From Blasia pusilla (taxonomy: Eukaryota), in assembly GCA_050084515.1 (NCBI GenBank), contig CM114271.1:14756001-14820000 (forward strand): a stretch of 64,000 bases of DNA, read 5' to 3'. Below, piece after piece: positions 1-11,400 of this stretch. Positions within the stretch are counted from its first letter, which is position 1, and each line of letters opens with the position of its first letter. The translations under genes were made by a program, and so were the position numbers. The notes beneath the pieces were generated by a model that worked only from the letters and a program-made list of their open reading frames with translations, made no database searches and had not been told where the DNA came from.

Positions 1-397
1 CTCACGATATCTCCGCATCAACTGACCGATATGTCGAGATGAGACTCTCTAGGCCGTCTCATCTCGCTCCACATACATGTATCTCCGCACAGGAATACCG
101 GTCTGCAACACTGCAGCCAAACCAGTGCTAATCCCACAAAAGAGATCTAACACACAAATGCCCTTCGGCGGATACTGCCATACAATGGGTTTAGTATCCA
201 AAGGGAATACCCCAACAAGACCAGAAATAGGAGTCCACCATGGGGCCTCATCTTCCTTGCGAGGTATAACAACCTCACACCAAGCCTCCTGCACTAGGCG
301 ATCAGCCTCTTGCCATAGTGCACCGCCTAAACTCCAAAGTGGCACATCCAACAATGAGGATGCCACTACTGCAAAACTAGGGACCTCCTCTACCTCC
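1..397 (-). pseudogene. Gypsy pol segment: linker plus start of a DNMT3-like C5-cytosine methyltransferase domain (continues off the window)
   Basis: ORF 49..501 has C5-MTase motif I (VLDLFCGISTGL) and motif II (YMYVERD). It is colinear with 60374..60877 and joins ORF 12705..12941 in frame once the 398-12711 insertion is removed. Confidence 0.85.
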
Positions 398-505
398 GGG
401 GGTTGGTATTTTGACAGGAGAGAGTAAGAGAGGAGAGGAAGAGAGGAAGAGAGGAGAGTCTCTCTTAAAAAAAAAAGGCCAAATCCGCCTCCTCTCTTCA
501 AAACT
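398..505 (+). repeat. Left terminus with GA-rich subterminal inverted repeat
   Basis: GGGGGTTGGTATTTTGACAGGAGAG followed by GTAAGAGAGGAGAGGAAGAGAGG, which is inverted relative to CCTCTCTTCCTCTCCTCTTACCGC at the right end. Homologues at 51136-51246 (reverse) and 61599-61650. Confidence 0.85.
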
Positions 506-1339
506 TTTTGACATATTTGAAATTTTTGTTTGCTTTAAAATTCAGGAAATCTTTAGAAGAGAGTATTTAGTGGTCCACATTTGGCCCTAAGAAAACCTCC
601 TCTTTCTTGGGGGCGAGAAAAAAGGAGACATCATAAGACCACCCTAAACATTTTTCCATCACTCTCCATGTGAGCCTAAGTTTCTTAACATTCCCTGTCT
701 CGGTCAACAAAAAGCAGTGCCCTTGGTATTTTTGTTGGAGGACCACCCGGATGGGTACCTCTCTTTTTGCAGGTATTTTTTCCTGCATTATGGCCTCCCC
801 TAAATTTCCCCATAACCAACTTTCTGTCGGTTATGAATGGTGTCTGCTCAAGATCAACTTTCTGAAATGTGAACAAATCAGATCCTAAGGCTGAGAAACC
901 GAGAAGCTGCACCCCTCCCAACCCGTAAGAAAGCTCACCATAAGAAAGGAAAAGATTTTTAGAAGTGATTTTCTTCCATCCTGCACCCACGACGATCTAA
1001 CGGGTTGGGAATCCGAAATGGCAATCCGACAGGTAGTAGGAATCCTGCATATCTTAGACAAGAAAAGAAGCCTACAACTGGTTGGACGAATGAAGGGGAA
1101 CGAGCCAAAAGTCAAGAAGCCCGCCACAATGCGTCAAAAGTTGGTCTCACCGGGATCACTCAAGCAGTCAACCTGTCGGAATCCGACAAGTTGCCTGGAA
1201 ATGGTTAAAAAGTTGAAGTGGGAAAAAAACAAAAAGTCGGAATCATACGGGTTGCAGAATTGTAATTCTGAGTATCTAAAAGAACACAATCCACAAGTCC
1301 AAAAACAGATTCCAGCAAACTTTTACAAACACCATTATG

Positions 1340-1700
1340 GGTTGAAAAAATCTCGTCCTTTATTACCTCCGAAGGAACCTCGGAAATGTACATTTCACCT
1401 AGTCTATGATTTCTTCAGCCTCGTCATCTACAAATTTACTCCTAACTCTCCTCGATGACAGTACCAAAGGAATGTTTTGGGATTCAAGTGGCTCCTCTGG
1501 CCGATTGTAGACGGGGATAGAAAATGTTGGCGAATTCGAGAGCCTTGGCCCCCCCCTAGGTACACCATAACGGTCCCATGTAACCTATCTCGAGTCCCAC
1601 CGCCTTCCTAGGCAGTATACCTTGTACGCTCTGCAATGTGACACCCATCCAGTATCAATATCTGCTCCGTCCCCGGTAATACCACTATGGCAACCGCACA
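1340..1700 (+). pseudogene. Small third ORF of the DNA transposon, unknown function
   Basis: LVYDFFSLVIYKFTPNSPR*QYQRNVLGFKWLLWPIVDGDR matches LVYDFFNFIIYKFTPNSPRFVYNKNVLGYKWLL*PIVDGD in the second copy (~48900-49185, minus), with synonymous codon changes. Confidence 0.55.
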
Positions 1701-2788
1701 GGTAGAAGGAATCCAACACGTCTGAGAGAAGAAAAGAAGCCTACGCCTGCCTTTACGAGTTGAGGGGAAGGTGCCAAGGAAGAAGCCCGCTAGATCGCCT
1801 CTTAAGTTGGACCAACAGGAAAGGTCCGATCAGGCAACTGTCGAATCGAATCAGGACGAGTTGCCTGGAGGTGGTAAAAAGGGTGCAGTGGTCAAAAAGC
1901 GAAAAGTTGCAAGGAGGAGAAATCCGACGGGTTGCAGTGGTCATAAAGTGAAAGTTGCAAGCAGGAGAAATCCGACGGGTTGCAAAGTAGAAGTCCGTGG
2001 AGTACATAGACGATCACATTCGAAAAGACAAAAAATGATCAGCAAACATTTACAAGCACCACCATCGATCGAAAAAATCTTCTGCTTTATATCATCTGAA
2101 AAAAGCTCGGAATTGTACATTTGATCTATTCTATGAAATCTTTTGCCTCATTATCAAAAAACTCCCTACTCCAAACGCTGCAGTCAAGCTGGGTAGTTGA
2201 GTTCTTTGAACTCACTCGTCATCGTCTGAGAGCTCTTGCAAAATCACTTTCGGCCTTGCCCTCCCGATTTTGGGAATCGTTGGAAGTGACGATGGAGTGA
2301 CTACCAAGGGTGGCTCTGGAACCGAGCTCGGCCGGTGGAGAGTTGTACGCCCCAACGAGCCTTTCGATTCTCGCCTTTGCCTCCTTGCAAAGGTCAAACA
2401 GTTCCTGCCTTCCCTCGAGGCAGAGAATGTTCGTGCCACTCTGCCAGGCGCCTTTGATACTTGCCCCTGAAAGTCCCACTAAGTCGAACACCAAGTCACC
2501 CGGCCTTGAGCAGAGCTCGATGAGCGCTTGCATCGTGGTGGCGACTTTTCCCTTCCTCCTAGTGGGGTACTATCTTGCATGTAAATTTCGGGGAATTGTA
2601 CAAACTATCTAAGTGTACCCATCGAGCATGGATCCACAGGATCCTGGATCTTGAACACCGGAAATTGTGCTCGGGCGAACGAAGCAATAGACGAGGAGTG
2701 GTCCATCTCAGTAAATCAAAGACGTTGGAAACAATGTCGAGAAACTAAAGAAGTCGCCTTGAAAAATTTTCAATAATCGACTTTGGAT

Positions 2789-3156
2789 CAACTCCGTCGG
2801 AGTCCGGCGGGTTGTTTTGTTCGGACCAACCGCCGGAACCCGGCGGGTTGCGATTCACAGGTTTTCCCGGTTGATTTTGGTTTTGGATGCAACCCGTCGG
2901 AAGGCGACGGGTTGGTGGCCTAGAGCAGCCCATGCTCGCCTAAGAGCAACCCGTCGCTATCGACGGGTTGCATCCAAAACCAAAATCAACTGGGAAAACT
3001 CAGTAATCGCAACCCGTCGGGTTCCGACGGGTTGCAGATACACCGCAGTTTTCCCTGTATGTGGGAAAGATGCAACCCGTCGGAAACCGACGGGTTGCTC
3101 TCAACCGAGCATGGGCTGCTCTAAGCCAGCAACCCATTGCCTTCCGACGGGTTGCT
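2789..3156. repeat. Intronic palindrome array (7 units, ~60-bp period in the right part) with foldback
   Basis: GCAACCCGTCGG-n-CCGACGGGTTGC variants at ~2789, 2827, 2888, 2946, 3009, 3071 and 3129. Confidence 0.9.
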
Positions 3157-5249
3157 CACAGACAAAAAAAACCCAGATTGACTCTCATTATACACATCAT
3201 TAAAATATAATTGAAATTATAGTACAGGAATCGTCGCGGATCGGAGTGGGTACTCGTTTTTTATGATCCACGATTGTGCCGTTTTCCACTTTAGCGACCT
3301 CTTGACGCACTGGAGGTTGAAGAGCTCGTCCTCGCTCCCTCTAGTCAACACCAAGAAGCAGCCCCTGTCACTCAGATAGGCGTCTGCAAAGCAGTACAAA
3401 AGTGCAATCTGGTCATAAGTGAGCGGCACATTCCACTCAGGTACCTCGTCCGACGGATTCTCACCCCAAAGTCGCAACCCCGAGGGCAGATCGGCGATCA
3501 AGAGATCCACCGCAACCTCTTCGACCACTCCATTCACCGTCCACGCAGCGTGCCCATTTCGTTGGAGCTTCCGTCCCAGCGTTGTCAATTTTTCGATGGT
3601 CGGTGTCGACGCTTGAGAATCGAAGCTCTTCACTCATCCAAGAAAGGAGTGAATCAAGGAGGACGCTTGTCCGGGTCGTTGTTTGTCTGTGTCTTCCCAA
3701 GGATGATGGGCTGTATTCTCCTTGGGACAACCCGGGCACCTCTCGCTTCCGCTTCTCCCTAGCTTGGGGACGGCTTGTCGGGGTTTCTATGACCTCAGAT
3801 TCTGGTGGCGTTTTTTTCGCCGAGGACCTAGTCCGACCCTCTCTCCCCGCTCGTCCGGACGATTCCGCCTCTGGCCTTGAATCTTCAGCCTCTCTTTGGG
3901 AAGACTTGGCCTTTGAATTTTTCCCTCCCCTCGCCTTGCCTTTGAGACCTTGTGGATTTGTCTTTGTCGTCAGGCGGACCTTGGAAGCCAACTCGGTGTC
4001 TCGTGGGCCTGCTTCTTCTGCATCTCCTCCGAAGAAGTCTTCTTTGCCGGACGAAATTGGGGATGTCGTCTTGTCTTGAGGCCTTTGCATCATGAAGCAC
4101 TCGTAAGTCCTTATCCGTGATGTCTTGTGGTCGTTGAAGTCGAGCCAAATGGGGCAATTCTCCACCTCCCAATCGGACATGTCTTCGCCCCATCTCCACG
4201 TCGTACATGGAGAATGTCTCGCATCCGGCGGCGAAGCCCACAACTTCAAGGCTACCGGTAATTTTCCCCACGCACTGCGTTCTTACATCGACGAGGTACC
4301 AAGACCATCCGTTGGGCAACTTTTAGTCGAACAGATCGCCGTCTGCTCCTGTAGATCTCGCTTCTTCTTCGCTTGATCCCGTTTGTTCCCCTCTACTTCT
4401 TCGTCAAGCTCTGCCGAGGAGGACGCAAACCTTGAACATGGTCTTGAAACCTGAGTTTTTGGTTGGCTTGTCCCGGATGTCGCCGAGCCAAACCTCAAAA
4501 TCTCCGAACTTTCAAGGTTTGCTTCGCGGAATGGGCTCTAATCTTCGAACTCCGCTTGCAGGCACCGCCCAAAGACGGACTTCTCGATTACCGATTACCC
4601 GCAACGCCCCCAGAACGACCATTCGCATAGCCAATGCGAGATCATCGGATCGGACACACCGGAGGATGGTGTGCCGCCTCTTCCGGGCCTCTCGAGCCCT
4701 CGAGATCGATTTTCATCGGTCGTATCCTCTGAACTCGCTTATCCCGGATAACGAAACCGATGCACGCGATCCAAATGACACTTTCTCCCAATCCGACCAT
4801 GCGGATCTTCATCCCTCTTCATTTGGCGCTTGATAATCGCTTCAGCTCCTTGTAGAACTCCGGACCAAGTTCGGGTTGAGAATCTTGATGTATCGCGCAT
4901 CTTGCTCGCCGTGTATTTCGTTGCAGATCATCGCAGCTTGATGAATTTGGCGCGCTCAGACGCAGACACCTTCTCCCTCCGCTCCTGCTCCAGTGCAGCG
5001 CTTTTCTTCGCGTCCTATATCTTCGACCAACAAAGGATGGTTACGGCTGCATCTTGAGAAATAAACTTGTTTGCCCAAGTTTTCTTCTTAATCTGAGCAC
5101 CCTTTGCAAGCATCTGATTGACGAGGGCATTGCCCAAGAACCCCCTGTACTCTCCCGGGTGCGTCGTAAGCACCTTCCTCACCCGATCGCAGTCCTGGAT
5201 CCAGTGGTGGGTGATATTCCCCTCCGATATAATCCTGGACATCCAAACT

Positions 5250-5968
5250 CAACCCGTCAGGAAATTACATGGGTTCCTCCAACCCGTCGGACTCCGACGG
5301 GTCGTCACAGCTCAAGGTCGGATTCTAGCAACGAGCTAAATGATGCAACCCATCAGAGTCCGACGGATTGCATTCAGATTTGCTAATGCCTGGTAAGAAA
5401 ACCGTCGGAGTCCGATGGGTTGCTCGATAGGCCGCCTTGTGAGGGTGTTTTTTTAAGAATGCAACTCGTCGGACTCCGACGAGTTGCTTGAGTGACTGCA
5501 GGTTTAGAAGGTTTTTTCCCCAAAGCAACCCGTCGAGTCCGACAGTTGCTTGCCTCGGCCGCTTTTTCCCCAAATCAACCCGCCCGAGTCCGACGGGTTG
5601 ATTTCGCCAAAAATAGCGAGGCAAGCAACCCGTCGGACTCCGGACAGTTGCTTTGGGAAAAACCTTCTAAACTCAGATCACTCAAGCAACTCGTCGCCGA
5701 GTCCGACGAAGTTGCATTCTTCAAAAACATCCTCACAAGGCGCTTTGTCGAGCAACCCGTTGACTCGACGGTTTGCTTTGGGCCAAAAACTAGTTAAATC
5801 TATGTTCAATCAAACAAGTCGTCGGAGTCCGACGAGTTGCAATCTTAAAAAAACATCCGAAAAAGCGTGCAGTCCAGCAAGCCGTCGGAGTTCGACGAGT
5901 TGCTTTCGGCAAAAACAAACCTAACCCATTCATCAATCGAGCAACTCATCGGAGTCCGACGAGTTGCG
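5250..5968. repeat. Intronic palindrome array (~13 units) with a ~375-bp foldback
   Basis: Repeated CAACYCGTCGGAnTCCGACGRGTTG. 5399-5574 is the inverted copy of 5601-5774. Confidence 0.9.
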
Positions 5969-7456
5969 AAAGTGTTAAAGATACTCACGTGTTCATGGCA
6001 TGCATTGCCATCTCCACCGTCGCCATGTGATGAGGGTATGGGTGAAGGACCACTGCCTTCACGCAAAAATGTGCCTCCAATGAGTTGGGCCGCTCCTCCG
6101 CAAACTTGGTCCACGCCATGAACCTATGATTTCCATCCCAGATGAAGAAATGCAGATTCCTCATCCAGCTGAATTCCGTGCCCTCAACTTGCCTTCTAAA
6201 GTCCTGGTCTCGCATCCTCCAGAATGTGTCGAGCTTTTCCAAGTCCTCCTCGGTAACCAGAGCTTGGGTTCCATGCTCGTCGTAAGGCTAAACATAGAAG
6301 GGAGGAAAGATGTCGACGTAGGATGCTGTCGCCGCCGATTTTTTTAGCTTCGCGATGTCCTCGACGGACTGAATTTCGTAGGACGTATTCCATTGTCCGC
6401 AATCGGCAGAGTGGAATCCTCGGGGCATTGTGGCCCTCCATGAGTGCCATCTGCTTTACCACCTGTCAGAACTAGGACAAGAGGAATAAGCTACACTGAA
6501 ATCCCAATGAATTGCAATTCACATAATTAAAAAAACCCAGAACCTCTCTTACCCGCTCGAAAATGGGGTCGGTTTCTTGACCAGCTAACTTGTCTGAGAC
6601 AGAGGCTGGCAAATCGACTGGGAACTCGTTGATCCGATAGAGGTCGATGTCCTCCGCCGGGCTTGGAGTCGAGAATGACCGCTCTCCGGCTTCTTCGGCC
6701 ATGTCCACCATCTCCACGCTGGCGGTCCTCATGACCTCGTCATCATCGATTTCAACTTTTGGCGTTTCCACTATGTTGATTGTGTCCCCGGACTTCGTGG
6801 GGGACATTTCCCGCATCTCAACACTTGCGGTTGGACGGGCTGGGCTATCGTCAATGGCTATCGCTTTTTCCCTCCTCGCTTTAGCCAATTCTGCCCTCCT
6901 CACCGACGCGTCCAGACGCTTCTTTTCTCTCTTTTCGTCGGCGATCCTTTTCTTCAAGGCCTGCGACGTCTCGGCCTCTGCGTTCTGTTTATCTAGCGCC
7001 TCTTGAACACGTCTCGCAAGAAGCACTTGGTTGTGCATCTCCGCTTCCCTTTCCCGCTCCTCGATTTCCTGCTGCCTAATTTCATTCACCGAACGAGGCC
7101 CAGGAGAAGCTGATGCAGGAGTCCTAATGGACTTCGGAGTGAAGCTCCCAGACTTGTTGGCTTGTGATTTTTTCCTCGTCATTTTTTCCGGAAATGCCTC
7201 CACCTATGTCCACGACGAATCCCTTGATCAGTCACCTTGTTGATGTCGAGATGGGAGCTTGAATCGCCTTGATGGTTAGCTCGAATCGTCCCGCTATCGC
7301 TCGGTCGAAGCGTCTCGCTCTCGTTCCCTCCTATCGACTCGCGATGTGTCGCCGTGTGAAATGCCCCTTCGTATCTGATCAGCTGCTGCACGGGAGAGTG
7401 AGGAGTGAGGAATGAAGATCGCGAAATGAGAAACCGGAAATGAGCGATTTCTGCCC

Positions 7457-7464
7457 TATTTATA
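7457..7464 (-). promoter_or_regulatory. Candidate TATA box of the ParB-MTase gene
   Basis: TATAAATA on the minus strand, ~275 bp upstream of the ATG at 7182. Confidence 0.5.
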
Positions 7465-7552
7465 CTTTTCTAGCCGTTGGGCTGACCGTTGGGTCCCGTC
7501 GTCCTTTCGACGGTGACGTGCCGGATGTTACGGAAGTCCGGACGTGAAAAAT

Positions 7553-8270
7553 GGCAACCCGTCGGAGTCCGATAGGTTGCCCGGCTCCGCCATCCTGGGT
7601 ACGTCACCACGTGCACGAGCAACCCGTCGGAGACCGACGGGTTGAGCGCCTCCGTCGTCTTCAGAAAAGAACGCGAGGTACCCGCGCAACTCGTCGGAGA
7701 CCGACATGTTGCGCGCCTCCGCCATCCTGGGTACGTCGCCATGTGCACGAGCAACCCGTCGGAGACCAACGGGTTGAGCGCCTCCGTCATCTTTGGAAAA
7801 CAACGCCAGGTAGCCACGCAACCCGTCGAAGACCGACATGTTGCGCGCCTCCGCCGTGTTTGGGACGGGAACGGGACGTATCTTGGGCAATCCGTCGGAG
7901 ACCGTTGGGTTGCACGCTTCCCTCATCAAGGGTTAAGAACGAGGGCTTCCCGTGCAATTCGTCGGAGTCTGGCTGGCTGCACCACAAGGCGAGGCCCTTG
8001 CGCAACCCGTTGGAGGGCGATGGGTTGCACGCCTCGCCGTCTTTGGGCTAAAAGGCGAGGTACCCGCGGAACTCGTCGGGAACAGACGGTTTGCACGCCT
8101 CCGGCATCTTCGGGCAAGAAGGATCGGTATCCGAGCAACTCGTCGGAGAGCGACGGGTTGCTCGCTTTGACAATGTTTAGCAGAAGCGTGCAACCCGTCC
8201 GATGCCGACGGGTTGCAGGCTTCGGTTAGCTTCGGGTAATTTTTGAGTTACCAGGACTCCGACGGGTTCC
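7553..8270. repeat. Intergenic palindrome array between the divergent genes (~12 units, ~66-bp period, A/B higher-order repeat)
   Basis: Units at ~7554, 7619, 7686, 7751, 7818, 7887, 7954, 8002, 8069, 8134 and 8189, with alternating related spacers. Confidence 0.9.
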
Positions 8271-8483
8271 AAGTGTGATGCGCAACCCTTTGCTTCCCAA
8301 ATCCGGTAACATATTGCAACAGAATTGAATGTGTTACAGAATTGGATCCATTGTGTCAGACAATGTCACCCACCGAATTCATCTTGTCAGTAAAAATCTG
8401 TCAAGAGTATCTGTTTCCTATTCACTATAAATTAAATATTCTCATTCTCATTCTCAGTCTCCTCCCATTGGAATCTTCTTGGA

Positions 8484-11400
8484 ATGGATAATTATGTTAA
8501 GCTCACTTGTGGCAGTCATCTGGCGGCCCTTCCTCAATCGGAAATCATTCGACCCCAAGCTCGTTAGTCTTTCATAGCAGTGGATGAATTTTTTTGTCTG
8601 TTCGATTTCTTCTTCAAATTGGAACCATCTTTGTATCCAAAGATGTTAGGGTGGACGGTACGGAAGACATAATAGGTGAGACGGTCCAGCCAGTGACCTC
8701 AGACCGTAAAGTATGGAATCTCCTACCTCTACCAAATGGTCAATACAGAGTTTACGGCCCCCCGATCGTCTGTTTCCCAAGTAGACGGTCTAGAATTTCC
8801 TAGTGCTCCGAGCTCACGTTTGCAACTCCAAGCTCTGCAGATCCGGCCGACTCCAACCGTGACGCTCAGAACAATTTTGTTTTTCTGAAGAGATTCCGGA
8901 TGTTATCAACCTCGTGATCTGCTTCGGGCACCAATCGGGCCTCTGTCCGCCTACGTTCCTCTTGCGAGTATCGGCAATAGTTTGCTTTGTCTCGCCCTTG
9001 AAAATGTTCAAGCACATTCTTGTCGACGATTTAGCCGCCCCACGTCGATGGTAATTGCATTTTTGAGTTGCCTCCACTTGTCGCTCTGCTCAAAAGAAGG
9101 ATGGAGGACGCCTGAAGGGTATGGACAGAAAGTCTGATTGTCATCGATGGTGCAGGCTTCAACGGACAGTGCTTCAATTCCAGATGGTCCTTGGATTGTC
9201 TCCCGCCGCCAATGCGTGGGAGCCTTGGAGTGTAGAAGTCCAGCATGCCCGTATCTAGAGCGCAACGGGCGAGTCAATACGTCGCAATTCCCTCCCAAGA
9301 ATGCAGAAACTCCATACGAGGTCGGTGCCACCATACCGCCGGAGGCCATCGATGTCCTCATTGTCGCATCGCCTTCTACGTTGGAGCGTGTCCCGCATAC
9401 ATATTTTTCATTGTCCACGACTTGGGCTCCACGTCAGAGTATACAAGGCTGGCTGTCCATGTTGGCTCCCACACTCATCCTGTGACCGATGCAATTCAAA
9501 GACACATCAAGGAGGATGTGGCGAAGAAAGTAGCCGAGGTCTCTGAGAAACTCCGGGTTCAAAGCCGGAGTGATCAAGCTCACAACGGCATCACAAATTT
9601 GTGAACAATTGCTTGGAATCCCTGGACAGGGCGAGATCACGGCGGTTGAGGAGAAACAACTCTGGGAAAATCTCGCATTTCTCGCTGATCCTGAATGCGT
9701 CAGATACGAGTTCTAGATGGAAAGACGGCCGAAATGGATGCCATCGCCAAAATCAAGGCCAACTCCAAATTTCCATTCATTCAGAGATGGCAGTTCATGG
9801 GCCAAGGAGGTGAGGGATCCAGGGCCTATGTCTTCAAAATGTCAACCACAGGTCCGTCGAGTGGCCTCGATCTTATAGATCGAATGTGGGAAGGGGAAGA
9901 TCTTTACGGGAGTTGGGTAAGCTTTGATATTTGCTACAAAGTGCTGAACGGATGGTTGACGATGGGTGCTCACATTTATGACCATGTGGAGAAGGGACTC
10001 AAAACTATATTTGTCTGTGAAGTAAAGGCAGAAGACGTTGGCAGTTTGAAGATGTGCTGGTTACTCTTATTGGAGGTGGTGAAGGAAAACAAAAGGCCAC
10101 CTCCGGAAATTTATGGGTTCATGGCGGACAATGCACAACCTGGGTGGATTGCTATCCGGGAAGTGTTATGGGGTGGAGAGGTTCAACCGGAGAGGGAAAG
10201 GTCGGATGCTTTCCATTGGCCACAGTCTGTGACCCGGTTGACCAAATCTTGCATCAAGGAGAATAAGAGGACAGAGCATGTCACTCTACTCCAACGCTGC
10301 AAGGACAGAAAAACCTTGAAGCAGGCCATGGAATGGCAGGAAGAACTTCATGGGTGGTGGAGGAAGCATGCGATTGAGGGGAAGTACAAAGAGTTGTGCT
10401 CTTGGTTGAGTTGGTGGTATGCGTATGAGACAATGGGGAAACTTCATGCGGCAGGTGAGTTCACTATTTTGTCTTGTCAAGCTCACGTTGAGAATTTTTG
10501 TAAAGTTGTAGCTCAGGATGAGAAGCGTGGGAATTATATGGATTTCAAACCCAAGAAACCAAGCAAGCTGTCGGATGCGACGGGTTGCCCGAGTGTGCAA
10601 CCTGACGGAAACCGACGGGTTGCCCAAGGGTGCAACCCGACGGAAACCGACGGGTTGCATCCAGATGTTTGGTGCAACCCGAGTGTGCAACCCGTTGGGA
10701 TCCGACGGGTCACAGAGTCGTTCATGGGATGCCTCGGGCCTGCAACCCGTATGGTTCCGACAGGTCGCTTATTTCTTTGACTCCTGAGTTATTTTCGTTC
10801 CCTTCTAACATTGCCATCGTTGCAGGGATTGAACGTTCATGAAAATGCTCTCTGCCCCAACACAAGTGGAGCACAAAGTGTTCATTCCTCTTGGAGGTCG
10901 TCACAAGCATGCCAACGAATTTCACTTGTGGAGGCATGCCAACAAGACTCGGCAAGAGCAATGCTACAGTCTGCAGCATCCCATATCTTTCTCACAAAAG
11001 GCATAACAAAAGGAAAAGGGCCGTCGATCTAGGAGCTCTATGTCAGGGCGGCTGTGAGATCTTGTGATGAAAAATTGTATGTCGAAGCCTTCAACCGGTG
11101 CGTAGCTGGAACTCCACTTGAGCAAGACGTGTACACATAGGTGGGGATATTTGTGGGCGGGTTTCAAGACGTCCCATACAGATGGTGGTAGAGCAGTCCG
11201 AACGAGACGCGTGGAGACCAGATAAGTATCTTGACTTCAGGTAGGTGAAGAGGCAGCATCGAGGAACCAATCCGGTGATTGATTTGGATGAGGAAATTAC
11301 ACCGCCCAGGTATTCGGGGACCCCGGACCCGTCCCAAATCCGTGATGGAGTTACTTCTCCAAAATCAGTGAATGTTTTATTTCAAAAGCCCTCCGTTGCT

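Larger units (their letters stand above)
2212..7182 (-). pseudogene. Intron-containing gene: coiled-coil N-terminus, ParB/Srx-like domain, C-terminal beta-class N4C/N6A DNA methyltransferase-like domain (frameshifted)
   Basis: ATG at 7182. GT-AG introns at 6552-6463, 5988-5235 and 3225-~2707. ParB-like IPLCRL...FFIWDGNHRFMAW. Motif IV-like VDLLIADLPSG (~3500) lies upstream of motif X/I-like MQALIELCSRPGDLVFDLVGLSG...NILCLE (~2420-2530), which is beta-class order. Ends SDDDE*. Confidence 0.75.

Noticed and set aside
2212-7182. Bacterial contamination or a restriction-modification operon
   Set aside because: GT-AG introns, TATA box, TSD-bounded insertion in a plant retroelement and a second decayed copy.
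7470-8229. Multiple overlapping 70-195-aa ORFs
   Set aside because: By-products of the GC-rich palindrome array; repetitive translations in all frames.
5250-8270. CRISPR-like look (palindromic ~27-bp repeat with ~35-bp spacers)
   Set aside because: Eukaryotic context, arrays lie in spliceosomal introns, spacers are direct or inverted copies of one another, repeats are degenerate, and no cas genes are visible.
10455-10780. C-terminal ~100 aa of ORF 9695..10780
   Set aside because: Read-through into an intron (GTGAGT at 10455 to CAG at 10825) containing palindromes.
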